Virus record (IMG/VR): IMGVR_UViG_3300047560_001295 | Span: 1-57,999 of that record | Length of the DNA: 57,999 nt | Direction: 5' to 3' (one strand) | Source of the DNA: a virus | Lineage: Duplodnaviria > Caudoviricetes | In this document: positions 46,561 to 56,918 of the stretch, piece by piece | Position numbering within the stretch: position 1 is the stretch's first letter | How the letters are laid out: every line of letters begins with the position of its first letter | Notes under the pieces: generated by a model | The model's input: the letters and a program-made list of their open reading frames with translations, nothing else | Database searches by the model: none | Told to the model about the DNA's origin: nothing | Position numbers and translations under genes: made by a program

Positions 46561-48032
46561 CTTGCACGCTCCTTAAATTGCCGGACGGTGTTCGCGTTTA
46601 CACGATCTTGCTGGGTAGCGATTTCTTCTGCTATCTTTTTCGCTTCAGTCCCTGTCACATTGAATGTATTATTCTGTGTGACTTGAACCGCTTGTTGAGC
46701 AGAGCCTGATTGGAGCCCTAACCGAGTAGTTTCAAGCGCCCCCATGATCTCACGTGGTGAAACGGAAGCTTTGTTACCAGCAACTCCTGCGTAATGACTC
46801 TGTCCTGTAAACGGATCTGCTATACTAGCCCATTCGCGGGCAGCCGCAGCGGCAGCTCCTACGATATCATCTGTCTTACCGCTCAGGTAATCACCAATCG
46901 CTTTTTGCTTATGCGACAATAGATACTTTTCGAAAATCATATCTTGTGTCGCTTTATCGAATTTCTCTGAACCAGACAGGCCAAGGTCTTTAACAGCGTC
47001 TGCAAGAGTTCCTTTGATTAGTTGGTAACGGCCTGCGGCGTTAAACTGTCCGGAACGTTGAGCGGCCATAACCTGAGAAATCGTCATGTTCTCAAGGTCC
47101 GCTTTACCGGCACGGTAACCCCCGGCTTTGCCGAGGTTAATAGAGCTGTATCCACCCTCGCCACGAGAAATTAATTTTCCAAGCGCAGAACCGGCAAGGC
47201 CTCCCGGATGGAGCGCGTCAATCTCCCTCTGCGCGGTTTCTACCCCGCGCTTAGCCTTCGTGGCTAAATCGTCAAACATGTCTCCCGAGGTCATGTCCCC
47301 AGTTATCCATTTCGACATGTCGGACATTGATTCATCTAACCATTTTGTAGCCTCCTTGAATGGAGCAACAAAATGCATCAAAATCGCTTCACCTAGGATC
47401 TCAATCCGAACTTTGAGGTTATCGAGGATTTGGGTATATTCAAGAACGGTCTTTTTAGCCGCATCTACGTCGACACCCATTTCTTGATACAGCTCAGCAT
47501 GCTCTTTTTTCTTTTCGAGGAGGGTATCCAGATGATTTACCATTTGGTGATACTCATCCGGGCTAATCCCGAACATGCCGGCAATTTGTGTCGCTTGATA
47601 CTCCGGCATTTTAGACAGAGCCGCGACAAGGTCGACCATAACATCGCTCATGTCTCTACCGGTTACTGGGACACCGAGGCTATTTAGGAATCCAGTCAGG
47701 CCCGGATTGAGACGAAGAGCCTGAGCCATGTCGTGTATCGAAGAAGCCATCGCTTCTCCGGATACTCCGATCTGCTGACCGGCATATTCCATGCCCTTCA
47801 GATTTTTGACGGAACTGTTGGCTAATTCGGAAGCGAAATACATCTTTCGCATCGAATAAGAAAAAGCGGCGGCGGCTGCGGCCGTGGTGGTAACCACACC
47901 AGCAACAGCAATACCTGCGGCGGTTACTCGCTTCTGGACGCCGGTAAGATTCTGCGTAAACTTAGCGAGCGAAATAGTATCAGTTTTATACCCAAGCTTG
48001 ACTAAGTATTCTTGTAAGATTTCACTGGGCAT
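46557..48032 (-). CDS. Tape measure protein with C-terminal lysozyme-like domain
   Basis: Helical N-terminal part; GEG, AAGRYQ, FD..TQD and EWAS motifs of lambda-endolysin-like enzymes. Confidence 0.85.
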   Translation of the reverse strand: MPSEILQEYLVKLGYKTDTISLAKFTQNLTGVQKRVTAAGIAVAGVVTTTAAAAAAFSYSMRKMYFASELANSSVKNLKGMEYAGQQIGVSGEAMASSIHDMAQALRLNPGLTGFLNSLGVPVTGRDMSDVMVDLVAALSKMPEYQATQIAGMFGISPDEYHQMVNHLDTLLEKKKEHAELYQEMGVDVDAAKKTVLEYTQILDNLKVRIEILGEAILMHFVAPFKEATKWLDESMSDMSKWITGDMTSGDMFDDLATKAKRGVETAQREIDALHPGGLAGSALGKLISRGEGGYSSINLGKAGGYRAGKADLENMTISQVMAAQRSGQFNAAGRYQLIKGTLADAVKDLGLSGSEKFDKATQDMIFEKYLLSHKQKAIGDYLSGKTDDIVGAAAAAAREWASIADPFTGQSHYAGVAGNKASVSPREIMGALETTRLGLQSGSAQQAVQVTQNNTFNVTGTEAKKIAEEIATQQDRVNANTVRQFKERAR

Positions 48033-48193
48033 CAGGAAATGTTCCGTATCCTAAACTGGTTTTCGGCTTGGACATCCAACGCCTCGTTCATCTTACAGAT
48101 ATCTAAGAGATCGAGGTTCCCATTCTTTAAGGACTCGTATTGGCACATCCCTCTTAGGACTGGCCGGAGGAGGTAATCCTCCTCACTGGCCAT
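48032..48193 (-). CDS. Tail assembly chaperone extension (-1 frame)
   Basis: Hand-translated MASEEDYLLRPV...MNEALD; the frame is open back to a slippery site in the upstream gene. Confidence 0.75.
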   Translation of the reverse strand: MASEEDYLLRPVLRGMCQYESLKNGNLDLLDICKMNEALDVQAENQFRIRNIS

Positions 48194-48213
48194 CGTGGCC
48201 GCGTCCGCTGATC

Positions 48214-48594
48214 CTACACCTGAGCCAAATTTGGTAGGGCGGTACGCAAAAAATCCCCGAGGTTGTCCTCGATTATTTTGGCCGTGATATCAAGGATGTC
48301 TTTCATTGCAAGATCATCAAACATCATAACCCCACCTGAGGACATGACTTTGCTCAATTTTCCTTCTGAATCCTTGCGCGCTACGACTGAAAGACATTTT
48401 TCAACTACGTAGGCACTGTCCTTGTCAGGAAGCTGGCTTAGGATATAGACAACTAGGATGCCCATATCCTTGCCAGCATTTTCCTCACGAACAAGACCAT
48501 CCACGATAGGTAGAGCGGGGGATAGCTTCCGAGCAACATTAAGCTGGTCAAAAGCGTTCAACTTTCCCGTGATGTGGTACTGTTCAATTGACAT
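48214..48594 (-). CDS. Tail assembly chaperone
   Basis: KLNAFDQLNVARKL...NLGDF; between tube and tape measure genes. Confidence 0.8.
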   Translation of the reverse strand: MSIEQYHITGKLNAFDQLNVARKLSPALPIVDGLVREENAGKDMGILVVYILSQLPDKDSAYVVEKCLSVVARKDSEGKLSKVMSSGGVMMFDDLAMKDILDITAKIIEDNLGDFLRTALPNLAQV

Positions 48595-49037
48595 TAGGTA
48601 GTTGCTCCAAGGATGGTGTCGACGATACCTGCGTCAAACTGCCATTCATTGATACCGGCATCCTTTGCGTAAGTCAAAGGTACGCCGCGCTTGAAGGCTA
48701 CCTGCTGACAGATGACGGTGTCCTGTGTTGCTGAATTCGACAGCGTCATGGTATTAGCACCATGAGTTTGAGCGGCCGCTGTCTGAACAGCGTACAGTGT
48801 GGATAGCTTTTGATTAACCGGAGAGGTCTTCAAAAGGCGTACCGTGATAGTACGGGATTTATTAGCGCCGAGTGAATGCATGACAGCACCATCTGCTCCA
48901 ACAGTCATGGTGTTGATGTCTTCGTTCGGCTCAAGGGTAATCCCTTCTTCGGCGACCGATGCCCCAGCGCCAAGATTGATTGAACCACCGGGGCCAACCA
49001 AAGCGCAGTTAGTGTTAAGAAAACTATAAGTGCCCAT
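48594..49037 (-). CDS. Tail tube protein (DUF3277-like)
   Basis: TYSF, EEGI, MTVGADG and LLKTSPVN motifs. Confidence 0.85.
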   Translation of the reverse strand: MGTYSFLNTNCALVGPGGSINLGAGASVAEEGITLEPNEDINTMTVGADGAVMHSLGANKSRTITVRLLKTSPVNQKLSTLYAVQTAAAQTHGANTMTLSNSATQDTVICQQVAFKRGVPLTYAKDAGINEWQFDAGIVDTILGATT

Positions 49038-49046
49038 GTTGTATCC

Positions 49047-50864
49047 TTAGCGGTTAACGTTAATGAGGATGTCCACAGTGCGGATGGCTCCGGCCAGCTT
49101 TGCCGCAATTTGGAAAGTCACTGATTTACGTGCCGACCTATCTGCAATGTTCTGAGTTGCGACAGGCGGTGCGTAAACATAGAAGCCGGTAGACAGGAAG
49201 TCCCCGTTGCTGAGAGCTCCAAATCCATTCGAAGTCCAAACACCCGGCGCAAGAAGACCATTTGTCCGGGCCTGAGAAAGGACTCCCATGATGGTTCCAA
49301 CGATAAGGTTGTTCCCAGCATCCGTCTGAGGAATTTTTGTCGGGCTCAAATAAAGCAGATTGTAAACGGCGTTCTGGATTGCCAAGGCTAACCAGTCGGT
49401 CCCGGTCACGATATCAATTGGGGTACCAGAACTCATATTACCCTTCTCGATAATTGCAGTGTTGTTATTGTATGCTACAAAAACGTTGCAGTTCTTTGCT
49501 TCAAGAGCGTTGAGCTGATTCACGTTAAGCGTTTCAGCGACAACTAATGGCTCTTGCTTATACATGGTGTCTATAACGGTGTTGTTACCGTTATAGTCAA
49601 CAGTCAATGCTTTGGCACACAGGGAAGCAATTGCGTATGGTGAATTGCTTGAATACTGTACCGCGGTACGATTAACGCCAAGTGCTTTGAGCTCAGAGGC
49701 AATGTCCGTGGTGCTGACAGGACTAATGATCCCAGCTTCCTGAGAAGAGACCCAGTAAGTATGCTTGTTCGTCGTGCTTTCGATGAACGAGGCCACTTCC
49801 AAATGGCCTGCGTCAGAGATCGCAGTAAACATCAAACCGTACCACAGCTGGCCGAAATTGATGTCGAAAATAGCTGCGGCTTCGACGGGTGTTTCGGGTG
49901 CAATCCCATCTGATACGTAAGCACCGGAACTATTTACCGTACCACCAAGCATCCCCGAGATGTCAGTTCCAGCCCCACCGGTAAAAGTTGCTCCTGACAC
50001 GGTAATGACACCGCTTGAGCGCGCTAAGGTATAAGCATCACCGGCTGGGCCGGTAAGTTTAGCGACAAAATAAATAGTATCGGACCCGGGTACCCAACTC
50101 GCCGTTACTAGTGAGATGTTTGCATCTGTTGAGCTGTTAATCTCGATATGTAACGCCGTGATGGTATCTTGGACGGTACCACCAATCAAAACTTGGTTAT
50201 CACCAGTAACAGCGTTTACAAAAGTGAGGTCAGTCCCAGCAATAGTTAACGTATCATTGGCTGCAGGATTTGCGCTAAAAGTAGCGAAAGCAAAAGCAGT
50301 CGGTGCTGTCAAAAAACTAATGGAAGAAGTAATTCCGGTAGTTCCGGAGGTAATAAGGAATTGAGAATAATCAGAATTCCAGACCACAGTGCACCCCGGA
50401 CTTACTAGATCCAGAGCTTGCTGAATTACATAAGCTACACCATTTAGATTGGTCTGAGCAGAGAAATCTAAACCGTCTACGGTAACCGGAATTCCGTCAA
50501 CATAGACAGAAAAAGCACCGTCGCTAATAGCAGACCATAAACCGGGAACTTTTTGAGCTGTTGAAAGCGTTGCTCCGACCAAAACCGCGGCTGTAGCCGT
50601 TTCAGCCCAGCGCCCAATCAAAAGATTAAGCGGCTGAGGAATCTGGCTTTCCCACAATAGGGCCGCTTGGTATTCCGGGGCCGAAGTCCCAAAATCAGCG
50701 GCAACAGCTGAAGCGCTGTCGTACTGGCGGTACCTTTCGGTTACGTTGATTACATCGGAAGAACCGAGAATTAGCAGCGTCGAGATGTTCTGCATCTGCG
50801 CGGCGTTCGGCTCCAAATTTACGGTGGCCTGAATCAGCCGGTTAATCGACAGTGAAGTCGTCAT
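49047..50864 (-). CDS. Tail sheath protein (DUF3383-like)
   Basis: VAADFG...EY, YKQEP, KIPQTDAG, RSARKS and AGAI motifs. Confidence 0.9.
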   Translation of the reverse strand: MTTSLSINRLIQATVNLEPNAAQMQNISTLLILGSSDVINVTERYRQYDSASAVAADFGTSAPEYQAALLWESQIPQPLNLLIGRWAETATAAVLVGATLSTAQKVPGLWSAISDGAFSVYVDGIPVTVDGLDFSAQTNLNGVAYVIQQALDLVSPGCTVVWNSDYSQFLITSGTTGITSSISFLTAPTAFAFATFSANPAANDTLTIAGTDLTFVNAVTGDNQVLIGGTVQDTITALHIEINSSTDANISLVTASWVPGSDTIYFVAKLTGPAGDAYTLARSSGVITVSGATFTGGAGTDISGMLGGTVNSSGAYVSDGIAPETPVEAAAIFDINFGQLWYGLMFTAISDAGHLEVASFIESTTNKHTYWVSSQEAGIISPVSTTDIASELKALGVNRTAVQYSSNSPYAIASLCAKALTVDYNGNNTVIDTMYKQEPLVVAETLNVNQLNALEAKNCNVFVAYNNNTAIIEKGNMSSGTPIDIVTGTDWLALAIQNAVYNLLYLSPTKIPQTDAGNNLIVGTIMGVLSQARTNGLLAPGVWTSNGFGALSNGDFLSTGFYVYAPPVATQNIADRSARKSVTFQIAAKLAGAIRTVDILINVNR

Positions 50865-50873
50865 TTGTAGCTC

Positions 50874-51467
50874 CTAACTAATAGACGGTTCAGAATAACT
50901 TTCGTTGTGGATAACAGCTTCACTCGAAAGTAAGTTTTCGACAGGATAATCAAAAATCATCTGGCGCCTTATTTCGATAGAAACATCAATACGGTTCACC
51001 CATTTCAGTTTGATTAACTCGGGAACGGTGACTTGATCGTTTACCGCTATTAACCCCATACTCATCAACTGAAGACTTTCAAGGTTCTGTGCAAGATAGG
51101 CTCCACGCGACAAACGAAAAGTCGTTCTTTCCGCATTTGGTCCATACACCGAACAGCTCACGGTAAATTCATCATGAGCACGCAATTCATCATAACCATT
51201 CGGAAAAGTTTCGTTCCCCGGAAAATGCCCTTCATAAGGAGTACCGCGCAACATAGCGCGTCGCGTAATACCGAAAGCCATCCAATCCGTGTCAACTTCT
51301 GGGATGTTTGGAGGTTCCGGTTGCCAACGCGGCCTTACCGACTGGTTAGGAAGCCCGGTAATCCCGGCCAGCCAGTCGTGAATGAAATCCTGAAGCGCAT
51401 TATCGGCAAGTGGCTGCGGATTCCCAGTCGGAGCTAAATATCCACCAGTTGCGCTTGTATTTGTCAA
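50874..51467 (-). CDS. Neck / tail terminator protein
   Basis: SATGGYL, VRPRWQ and YGP motifs; directly upstream of the sheath gene. Confidence 0.75.
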   Translation of the reverse strand: MTNTSATGGYLAPTGNPQPLADNALQDFIHDWLAGITGLPNQSVRPRWQPEPPNIPEVDTDWMAFGITRRAMLRGTPYEGHFPGNETFPNGYDELRAHDEFTVSCSVYGPNAERTTFRLSRGAYLAQNLESLQLMSMGLIAVNDQVTVPELIKLKWVNRIDVSIEIRRQMIFDYPVENLLSSEAVIHNESYSEPSIS

Positions 51468-51520
51468 GGTAGTTTCCTAAATTGAACTACAAAGAATTAT
51501 CCGCTGGAGAATATGAACTG

Positions 51521-52627
51521 TCACCGATTCCAAACGGCGTTGGTTGCTTCTGTGGAATACCATCCCTTACCTTTTAGATTTTGAAGTTGATTAACAATTG
51601 CGTCCATTTGTTTACCTACCGTCTGTAAGGAGTAAGTTCCTCTCGCTTGGGAGGCTATAGCCCTACGATTTAAAAGCTTTACTGAACGAATGGCTTGTAA
51701 CCAATCTCCAAGGGTGTGGCAGCGATAACCATTGAATCCGTGAAATACCGTTTCGGAGAAAGCACCAAAATCTGAAGCGATAAGTGGAGTACCACACAAA
51801 AGACCTTCAACACCAGCCCCACCAAAAGGTTCCACGTAGCGGGTCGGCATCAACATGGCGTAAGCATTTCGAAGCAATTCGCTTCTCGCTTTTCCGGTTA
51901 CTGGTTGCTCATACGTAAGATTTGACGGGGCATCGGCCATAAAATCGGCTAACCACATGGGATTCGTTTCGCCGACAATCCGTACTGGCATGTCAACATT
52001 TCTAGCTATTTCTTTGACAATCTGAAGGCCTTTACATTCGATAACCCGGCCAAAGTAGAGCAGGTATGAACCATCCGCATACTGTGGCTCCCAATCATCA
52101 ATATCGTAGCCCATTGGGCATACCCATTGATAATCATTACCCCAAGTCTGTTCCTTACCCTGATGCCAACTCATCCATTGGTATGTTTCATATACCCGAA
52201 ACGGCATAGCGCACTGGGTATATCCGATACCTATCTCAAGATGCTTTGCACTAGGAAAAGCGTGAGCCAGATCGGCGTGAGCAATACCAAAAGGATGACA
52301 AATAATATCATCAGGCTGAACGCGAGATGCAAGCTCCCGGCGAAGAATACAAGTGAATTCCCGATAAAGCGTTGAATCCGTTGATGCTGCTTCATTGGGT
52401 TGCTCCTGTTTGTAAAGAGTTTTGAGTTCTGTAAAACGTTCTGACGGAAGAATAGTGACGTGCTCATCTGCATAGGCTTCCGACCCCTCGTTGGCATACT
52501 CAATGATTTTGTGACCAAAAGGTTCCATCATCTTCCCAAACCGAATTACGCGCCCAGTAAAAGCACAATGTGAAAATTCTGCTTTTGGGATAGTGTGGAA
52601 AAGACCGAGAAGATGAAGCGTCGCCAT
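51521..52627 (-). CDS. Glycosyltransferase, GT-B fold (GT4-like)
   Basis: YFGRVIECKG and PTRYVEPFGGAGVEGLLCGTP (EX7E), GAFSETV...NG. Confidence 0.9.
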   Translation of the reverse strand: MATLHLLGLFHTIPKAEFSHCAFTGRVIRFGKMMEPFGHKIIEYANEGSEAYADEHVTILPSERFTELKTLYKQEQPNEAASTDSTLYREFTCILRRELASRVQPDDIICHPFGIAHADLAHAFPSAKHLEIGIGYTQCAMPFRVYETYQWMSWHQGKEQTWGNDYQWVCPMGYDIDDWEPQYADGSYLLYFGRVIECKGLQIVKEIARNVDMPVRIVGETNPMWLADFMADAPSNLTYEQPVTGKARSELLRNAYAMLMPTRYVEPFGGAGVEGLLCGTPLIASDFGAFSETVFHGFNGYRCHTLGDWLQAIRSVKLLNRRAIASQARGTYSLQTVGKQMDAIVNQLQNLKGKGWYSTEATNAVWNR

Positions 52628-52639
52628 GGTTCCTCCGAA

Positions 52640-54697
52640 TTAGGGTAGAAGTATTTCTGTCCAACCAACACCACCTGAAAAAGAGCCAGTGAGCTCTATT
52701 CGGTAAGTTGATTGCGGAGGAACAATACCGTTTACAAAACCAGCTTGCCCACCGGGAATAGTCATTGCGGCTAACGATAATCCTGAACCGACTCCGGTTC
52801 CACCCAACCACATTGACACTCCAATAGTGCCTGATGCTATTCCCCAAACGGAGACAAACATTGGTCTGTTTGAACTATTTGAAATGTTAGTATTGAACGA
52901 CCGCGAAACTGAGTTTACCACAGTATCATCAGCTATTCCAACATTACTCTTTATAGAGCTTCCGCCTGCGCCGGGAGAAGAATTTGTTAGCCCACCAGAA
53001 CCGTTCGAAGTAGAACTGTTTCCGACCACCGTAAAATTAGTGCAGCTCGAACCAATCAATAAACCGTAAGCCGCATTGTAGTTGAGCATATTTCCCGTAA
53101 CGGAAAAATTAGCGCAACTGTTCCCGACTTTAATCCCATAAGACTGCTGGCCTATACCGGCGGAACCACCAAGGATACATCCAGAGATAACAAAGTTACC
53201 ACCTCCGCTTTGGATCTCAATGCCGGCATAACCGCTTCCAGCGCGGCCATTAGCCCTAGCGGAGAAACCGGTAAATTCAACAGCCCCAGCGTTACTAGTT
53301 ATTGAAATACCATGCTGGTCGTTATTGACAGCTCCGCCACCAACAAAACGTACACTATCACAGTAGTCAACATAGCAACCGGATGACGGGCGATTACTGA
53401 ACCAGCAATTAGTGAAATCAAAATCCAATACTTTGTTGATATAGCAACCATTTGACGCACTATCGAAGAAGCAATTTGTAAACTTATTGAAAGCTGGGCA
53501 CGAGCCGTAAGCAAAAACTGAAGCATCAGTAGTTAAAGCGTAGGTTCCCTGATACGTTTGCCCATTCGAAAAAGACATTCCCTCTACTTGGTTGCTAAAA
53601 TGGATCGCCCCAAGAGCCCCATAGCTACTTGTGTTATCACAAAGACAGAAGAAATTATCGACCATCCAGTTGGCTGAAGCATTCCTTGGATAGAAACCGC
53701 TTGAAGCATAATTGTAAAGAACGATATTACTGAACGTGTTTGAATTACTGCTTACGCCTTCGATTGCATTAAATGCTTTTTCAATCCAGATGTTGTCGAA
53801 ATTACAGTATTGCGGATAGACCGGTGAAGGTGCGAGATAAATAGCGCTGGCACCCGTGATACCAAGCGTTTGATACTGAAGATAAACGTCTCGCAAAGTA
53901 AAGTTATACGAGGTTATATTCAGTATTTTTGCATTATTGGTGTATTGTTTAATTACAGTGCTTCGCCCAGCACCAACAAAAGTTAGATACTGAGTGTTAA
54001 CGTTGATCGCGCCAGTGATTTTGTATATTCCTGACGGAAAATAAATACTTCCGCCAGACGGAAGTGCTGCTATAGCGGCATTTATTGCCGGCAACCAATC
54101 GTAACTTGGATCTGTCTCAGACCCCGCTGGAGCGAAATCCCGGATGCTAAGGTAGTCCCCGAACATATCGCTTATAAGCCGAGAAGACGCCCCAGAAATA
54201 GGACTTCCATTATTCTTAGTGACAGGAATGGGTGAAGCGGTAGCGACCGGACCCGTAGCGCCGGTAGCACCTGCAGGACCAGTTGAGCCTGCAGGACCAG
54301 TTGGCCCAGTTGCTCCCGTCGGTCCGGGAATACCACTTAATCCGGTCGGACCGATTGGACCTGTGACACCTTGAACCCCTGTAGGACCAGTCGGACCTGT
54401 AGGTCCAATAGGACCAGTCGGGCCAACGATTACGCCGGCGTCAAACCAACTGCTTCCGCCCCAGATGTAAAGATGGCCGTTAGAAAGAACGATATAGGCA
54501 TCGTTAATCTCAGGGTCCGGCGGCAAGTCAGCTATTGTGGCCACAGAACCTTTGATAGTAGCCGAGATCCCTTGTGGCCCGGTAGCGCCGACAGGGCCGG
54601 TAGCCCCGACAGGGCCGGTAGCTCCTTGCGATGCTTCCTGAAGAGCTTGATTTAAAGCTTCAGCCGTTAAAATTTCACCATCGACGAAAATTGTCAT
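52640..54697 (-). CDS. Collagen-stalked beta-helix spike (pectate-lyase-like)
   Basis: Gly-X-Y tract, SIRDF...AINAAI...YFPSGIY, Asn/Cys-rich beta-helix repeats. Confidence 0.85.
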   Translation of the reverse strand: MTIFVDGEILTAEALNQALQEASQGATGPVGATGPVGATGPQGISATIKGSVATIADLPPDPEINDAYIVLSNGHLYIWGGSSWFDAGVIVGPTGPIGPTGPTGPTGVQGVTGPIGPTGLSGIPGPTGATGPTGPAGSTGPAGATGATGPVATASPIPVTKNNGSPISGASSRLISDMFGDYLSIRDFAPAGSETDPSYDWLPAINAAIAALPSGGSIYFPSGIYKITGAINVNTQYLTFVGAGRSTVIKQYTNNAKILNITSYNFTLRDVYLQYQTLGITGASAIYLAPSPVYPQYCNFDNIWIEKAFNAIEGVSSNSNTFSNIVLYNYASSGFYPRNASANWMVDNFFCLCDNTSSYGALGAIHFSNQVEGMSFSNGQTYQGTYALTTDASVFAYGSCPAFNKFTNCFFDSASNGCYINKVLDFDFTNCWFSNRPSSGCYVDYCDSVRFVGGGAVNNDQHGISITSNAGAVEFTGFSARANGRAGSGYAGIEIQSGGGNFVISGCILGGSAGIGQQSYGIKVGNSCANFSVTGNMLNYNAAYGLLIGSSCTNFTVVGNSSTSNGSGGLTNSSPGAGGSSIKSNVGIADDTVVNSVSRSFNTNISNSSNRPMFVSVWGIASGTIGVSMWLGGTGVGSGLSLAAMTIPGGQAGFVNGIVPPQSTYRIELTGSFSGGVGWTEILLP

Positions 54698-54703
54698 TGT
54701 TTA
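54420..54703. repeat. Direct repeat, copy 1 (~284 bp)
   Basis: Matches 56635-56918 with about 5 mismatches by manual comparison. Confidence 0.92.
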
Positions 54704-54707
54704 AATC

Positions 54708-56912
54708 CTATGCTTTAGCGCGGCCGATTTCATACCATTGATTTCCATCATGGCGCAAGGTCAGTGTGTCGTATTGATTAAAGACCATGCTGAAAACATA
54801 AGATGGCCCAGCTAGTTTGATAGCAATTTGATTGCTTGAAATGCTACTATAAATACCGACACTTGCACTGAAAATCAAAGTAACTATTCTCCCCGGCCAG
54901 CCGTATTTTAAGGCTCCCATGTAAGACCCATCGCCGGATGCAACACTAAAAGTTGAGCCCATTTGATTAAGCGTCAGTACTGAGCTTGCTACATTACGCT
55001 GTTGGACAGATCCCCATACACCAGAACCAGCAGAACCAAATGGGAAGTCCAAAGCATCCGTATAGTTTGTATCCCCGTATATGACCATCGGGTTCGTTGT
55101 GGCTAAATTGACAGTTTTACCAACACCGATGAATGAATTGTCTTCGATTGTTATTGAAGAGCTTGAATTACCGGAGTCAGTGCTAATCCCGTTTGAAACA
55201 TTGTTAAAGCCGCAATTTGTTACAATCGCGTTTCCGTAAGCAACTAACACCCCGTGCTGAGTCGGCCCAATAACGTCGGTGTCACTAATCACCACTTCCT
55301 GAGGTACGGTCAATCCGACATACACCCCAGAAGTGACCTGAGCTGCCATTGAGCATCCGACGATTCTGGTTCCCTGCGCAAGCCCTGCGATGTAAATACC
55401 GTGTGATGCAGAGCTCGAACCCGGAACATTATCGAAACCGCAATTCATTACGGTGACGTTGTTTGTTCCGCTTGCCTGTCCGTACAGCTGAAGACCTTTT
55501 GCATAACCGTAGGAGAAGCAGTTCGTCAGCTTTGCCCAGTCGGCGGTGTCTTGTAATTGATAAGCTATACCACTTCTCTGCAGAGGACCGCCACCGGCAA
55601 TAGTTGCAAAAGGCCATGCGTGGCAGTTTTCTACATACGGTATATCGTATGAGTTCTGGATAAATACTCCGTTGATGTTATCCAGATTCAAATACGAAAG
55701 GCGCGGGCGTGACCCAATCGGCGGAACTCCTCCAATTCCGGGGAATGGGTTGCTACAGATGACAGCCATATTGAATCCAAGGATGGCGCATTTTTCGACT
55801 AGTACATCATCACCTACAATGGTAATTGCCGTGCCTGAAAACGAGGCTACACTCGATGCCGGTAAAGAAACCCCAGCGTTTCGAATCAGCAGTCCAGAAA
55901 TCGAACCGCTACTCATTATGGCTACGGTAGAGGCTCCGTTTACCAGCAAAGCCCCGCCCATAGAGGCATACGGTGTATTAGCGTTAGACCCGGGAGATCC
56001 GGTAAAAGTGTGCGGTCCTTGAAGAGTGCATCCTTGCGGGATAACCAAGTTACCATTGATTAAACAACGCAAAGTATCTGGGATACTAACAGTTCCACCA
56101 AAACCAGTTTTGAGGGATATCGCATTCCAACCACTGGTGTAAACGTAGAGCTTTCCGTCGTAGGAACTAACGTAAGCATCGTTTGCGGCTGGGGAAGATG
56201 GGAGCACCCCGGAGTTGGCCACAACGCCTTTATAGGTGATGGTTCCAGTGTATCCGATTAAGCTGAACAATGCTTTTTGTATCGCGGCAGTATCGTCGGT
56301 CACACCGTCCCCAACAGCCCCAAAATCAAGCACTGACAAACGCTCACCAAGCATATCCGCAGCGGTCCGGGCAATGGCATTTGGAATCGGAACCCCACCC
56401 TGTGACACGGTGAGACTATTTACGCCCGGCCCAGTTGGTCCAGTTGGCCCTACCGCGCCTGTGGCGCCTGTGGCGCCTATATTTCCGGATGTTCCAGTTG
56501 GTCCTGTAACCCCTTGTGGTCCTGTAACCCCTTGCGGCCCAGTTGGGCCAGTTGGGCCTGTTGCTCCGGTTGGGCCTGTTACCCCAGTAGCCCCGACAGG
56601 GCCGGTAGCTCCTTGCGCACCAGCCGGGCCGCTAGGGCCAACGATTACGCCGGCGTCAAACCAACTGCTTCCGCCCCAGATGTAAAGATGGCCGTTAGAA
56701 AGAACGATATAGGCATCGTTAATCTCAGGGTCCGGCGGCAAGTCAGCTATTGTGGCCACAGAACCTTTGATAGTAGCCGAGATCCCTTGCGGCCCGGTAG
56801 CGCCGACAGGGCCGGTAGCCCCGACAGGGCCAGTAGCCCCTTGCGAGGCTTCCTGAAGGGCTTGATTTAAAGCTTCAGCCGTTAAAATTTCACCATCGAC
56901 GAAAATTGTCAT
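54708..56912 (-). CDS. Collagen-stalked beta-helix spike, paralog
   Basis: Same N-terminus; [22 protein letters not shown]; beta-helix repeats. Confidence 0.88.
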   Translation of the reverse strand: MTIFVDGEILTAEALNQALQEASQGATGPVGATGPVGATGPQGISATIKGSVATIADLPPDPEINDAYIVLSNGHLYIWGGSSWFDAGVIVGPSGPAGAQGATGPVGATGVTGPTGATGPTGPTGPQGVTGPQGVTGPTGTSGNIGATGATGAVGPTGPTGPGVNSLTVSQGGVPIPNAIARTAADMLGERLSVLDFGAVGDGVTDDTAAIQKALFSLIGYTGTITYKGVVANSGVLPSSPAANDAYVSSYDGKLYVYTSGWNAISLKTGFGGTVSIPDTLRCLINGNLVIPQGCTLQGPHTFTGSPGSNANTPYASMGGALLVNGASTVAIMSSGSISGLLIRNAGVSLPASSVASFSGTAITIVGDDVLVEKCAILGFNMAVICSNPFPGIGGVPPIGSRPRLSYLNLDNINGVFIQNSYDIPYVENCHAWPFATIAGGGPLQRSGIAYQLQDTADWAKLTNCFSYGYAKGLQLYGQASGTNNVTVMNCGFDNVPGSSSASHGIYIAGLAQGTRIVGCSMAAQVTSGVYVGLTVPQEVVISDTDVIGPTQHGVLVAYGNAIVTNCGFNNVSNGISTDSGNSSSSITIEDNSFIGVGKTVNLATTNPMVIYGDTNYTDALDFPFGSAGSGVWGSVQQRNVASSVLTLNQMGSTFSVASGDGSYMGALKYGWPGRIVTLIFSASVGIYSSISSNQIAIKLAGPSYVFSMVFNQYDTLTLRHDGNQWYEIGRAKA

Positions 56913-56918
56913 TGTTTA
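56635..56918. repeat. Direct repeat, copy 2
   Basis: Matches 54420-54703. Confidence 0.92.

Noticed and set aside
52640-56918. Diversity-generating retroelement or invertible fibre switch
   Set aside because: No reverse transcriptase or invertase; the repeats are direct, N-terminal and differ only at silent sites.
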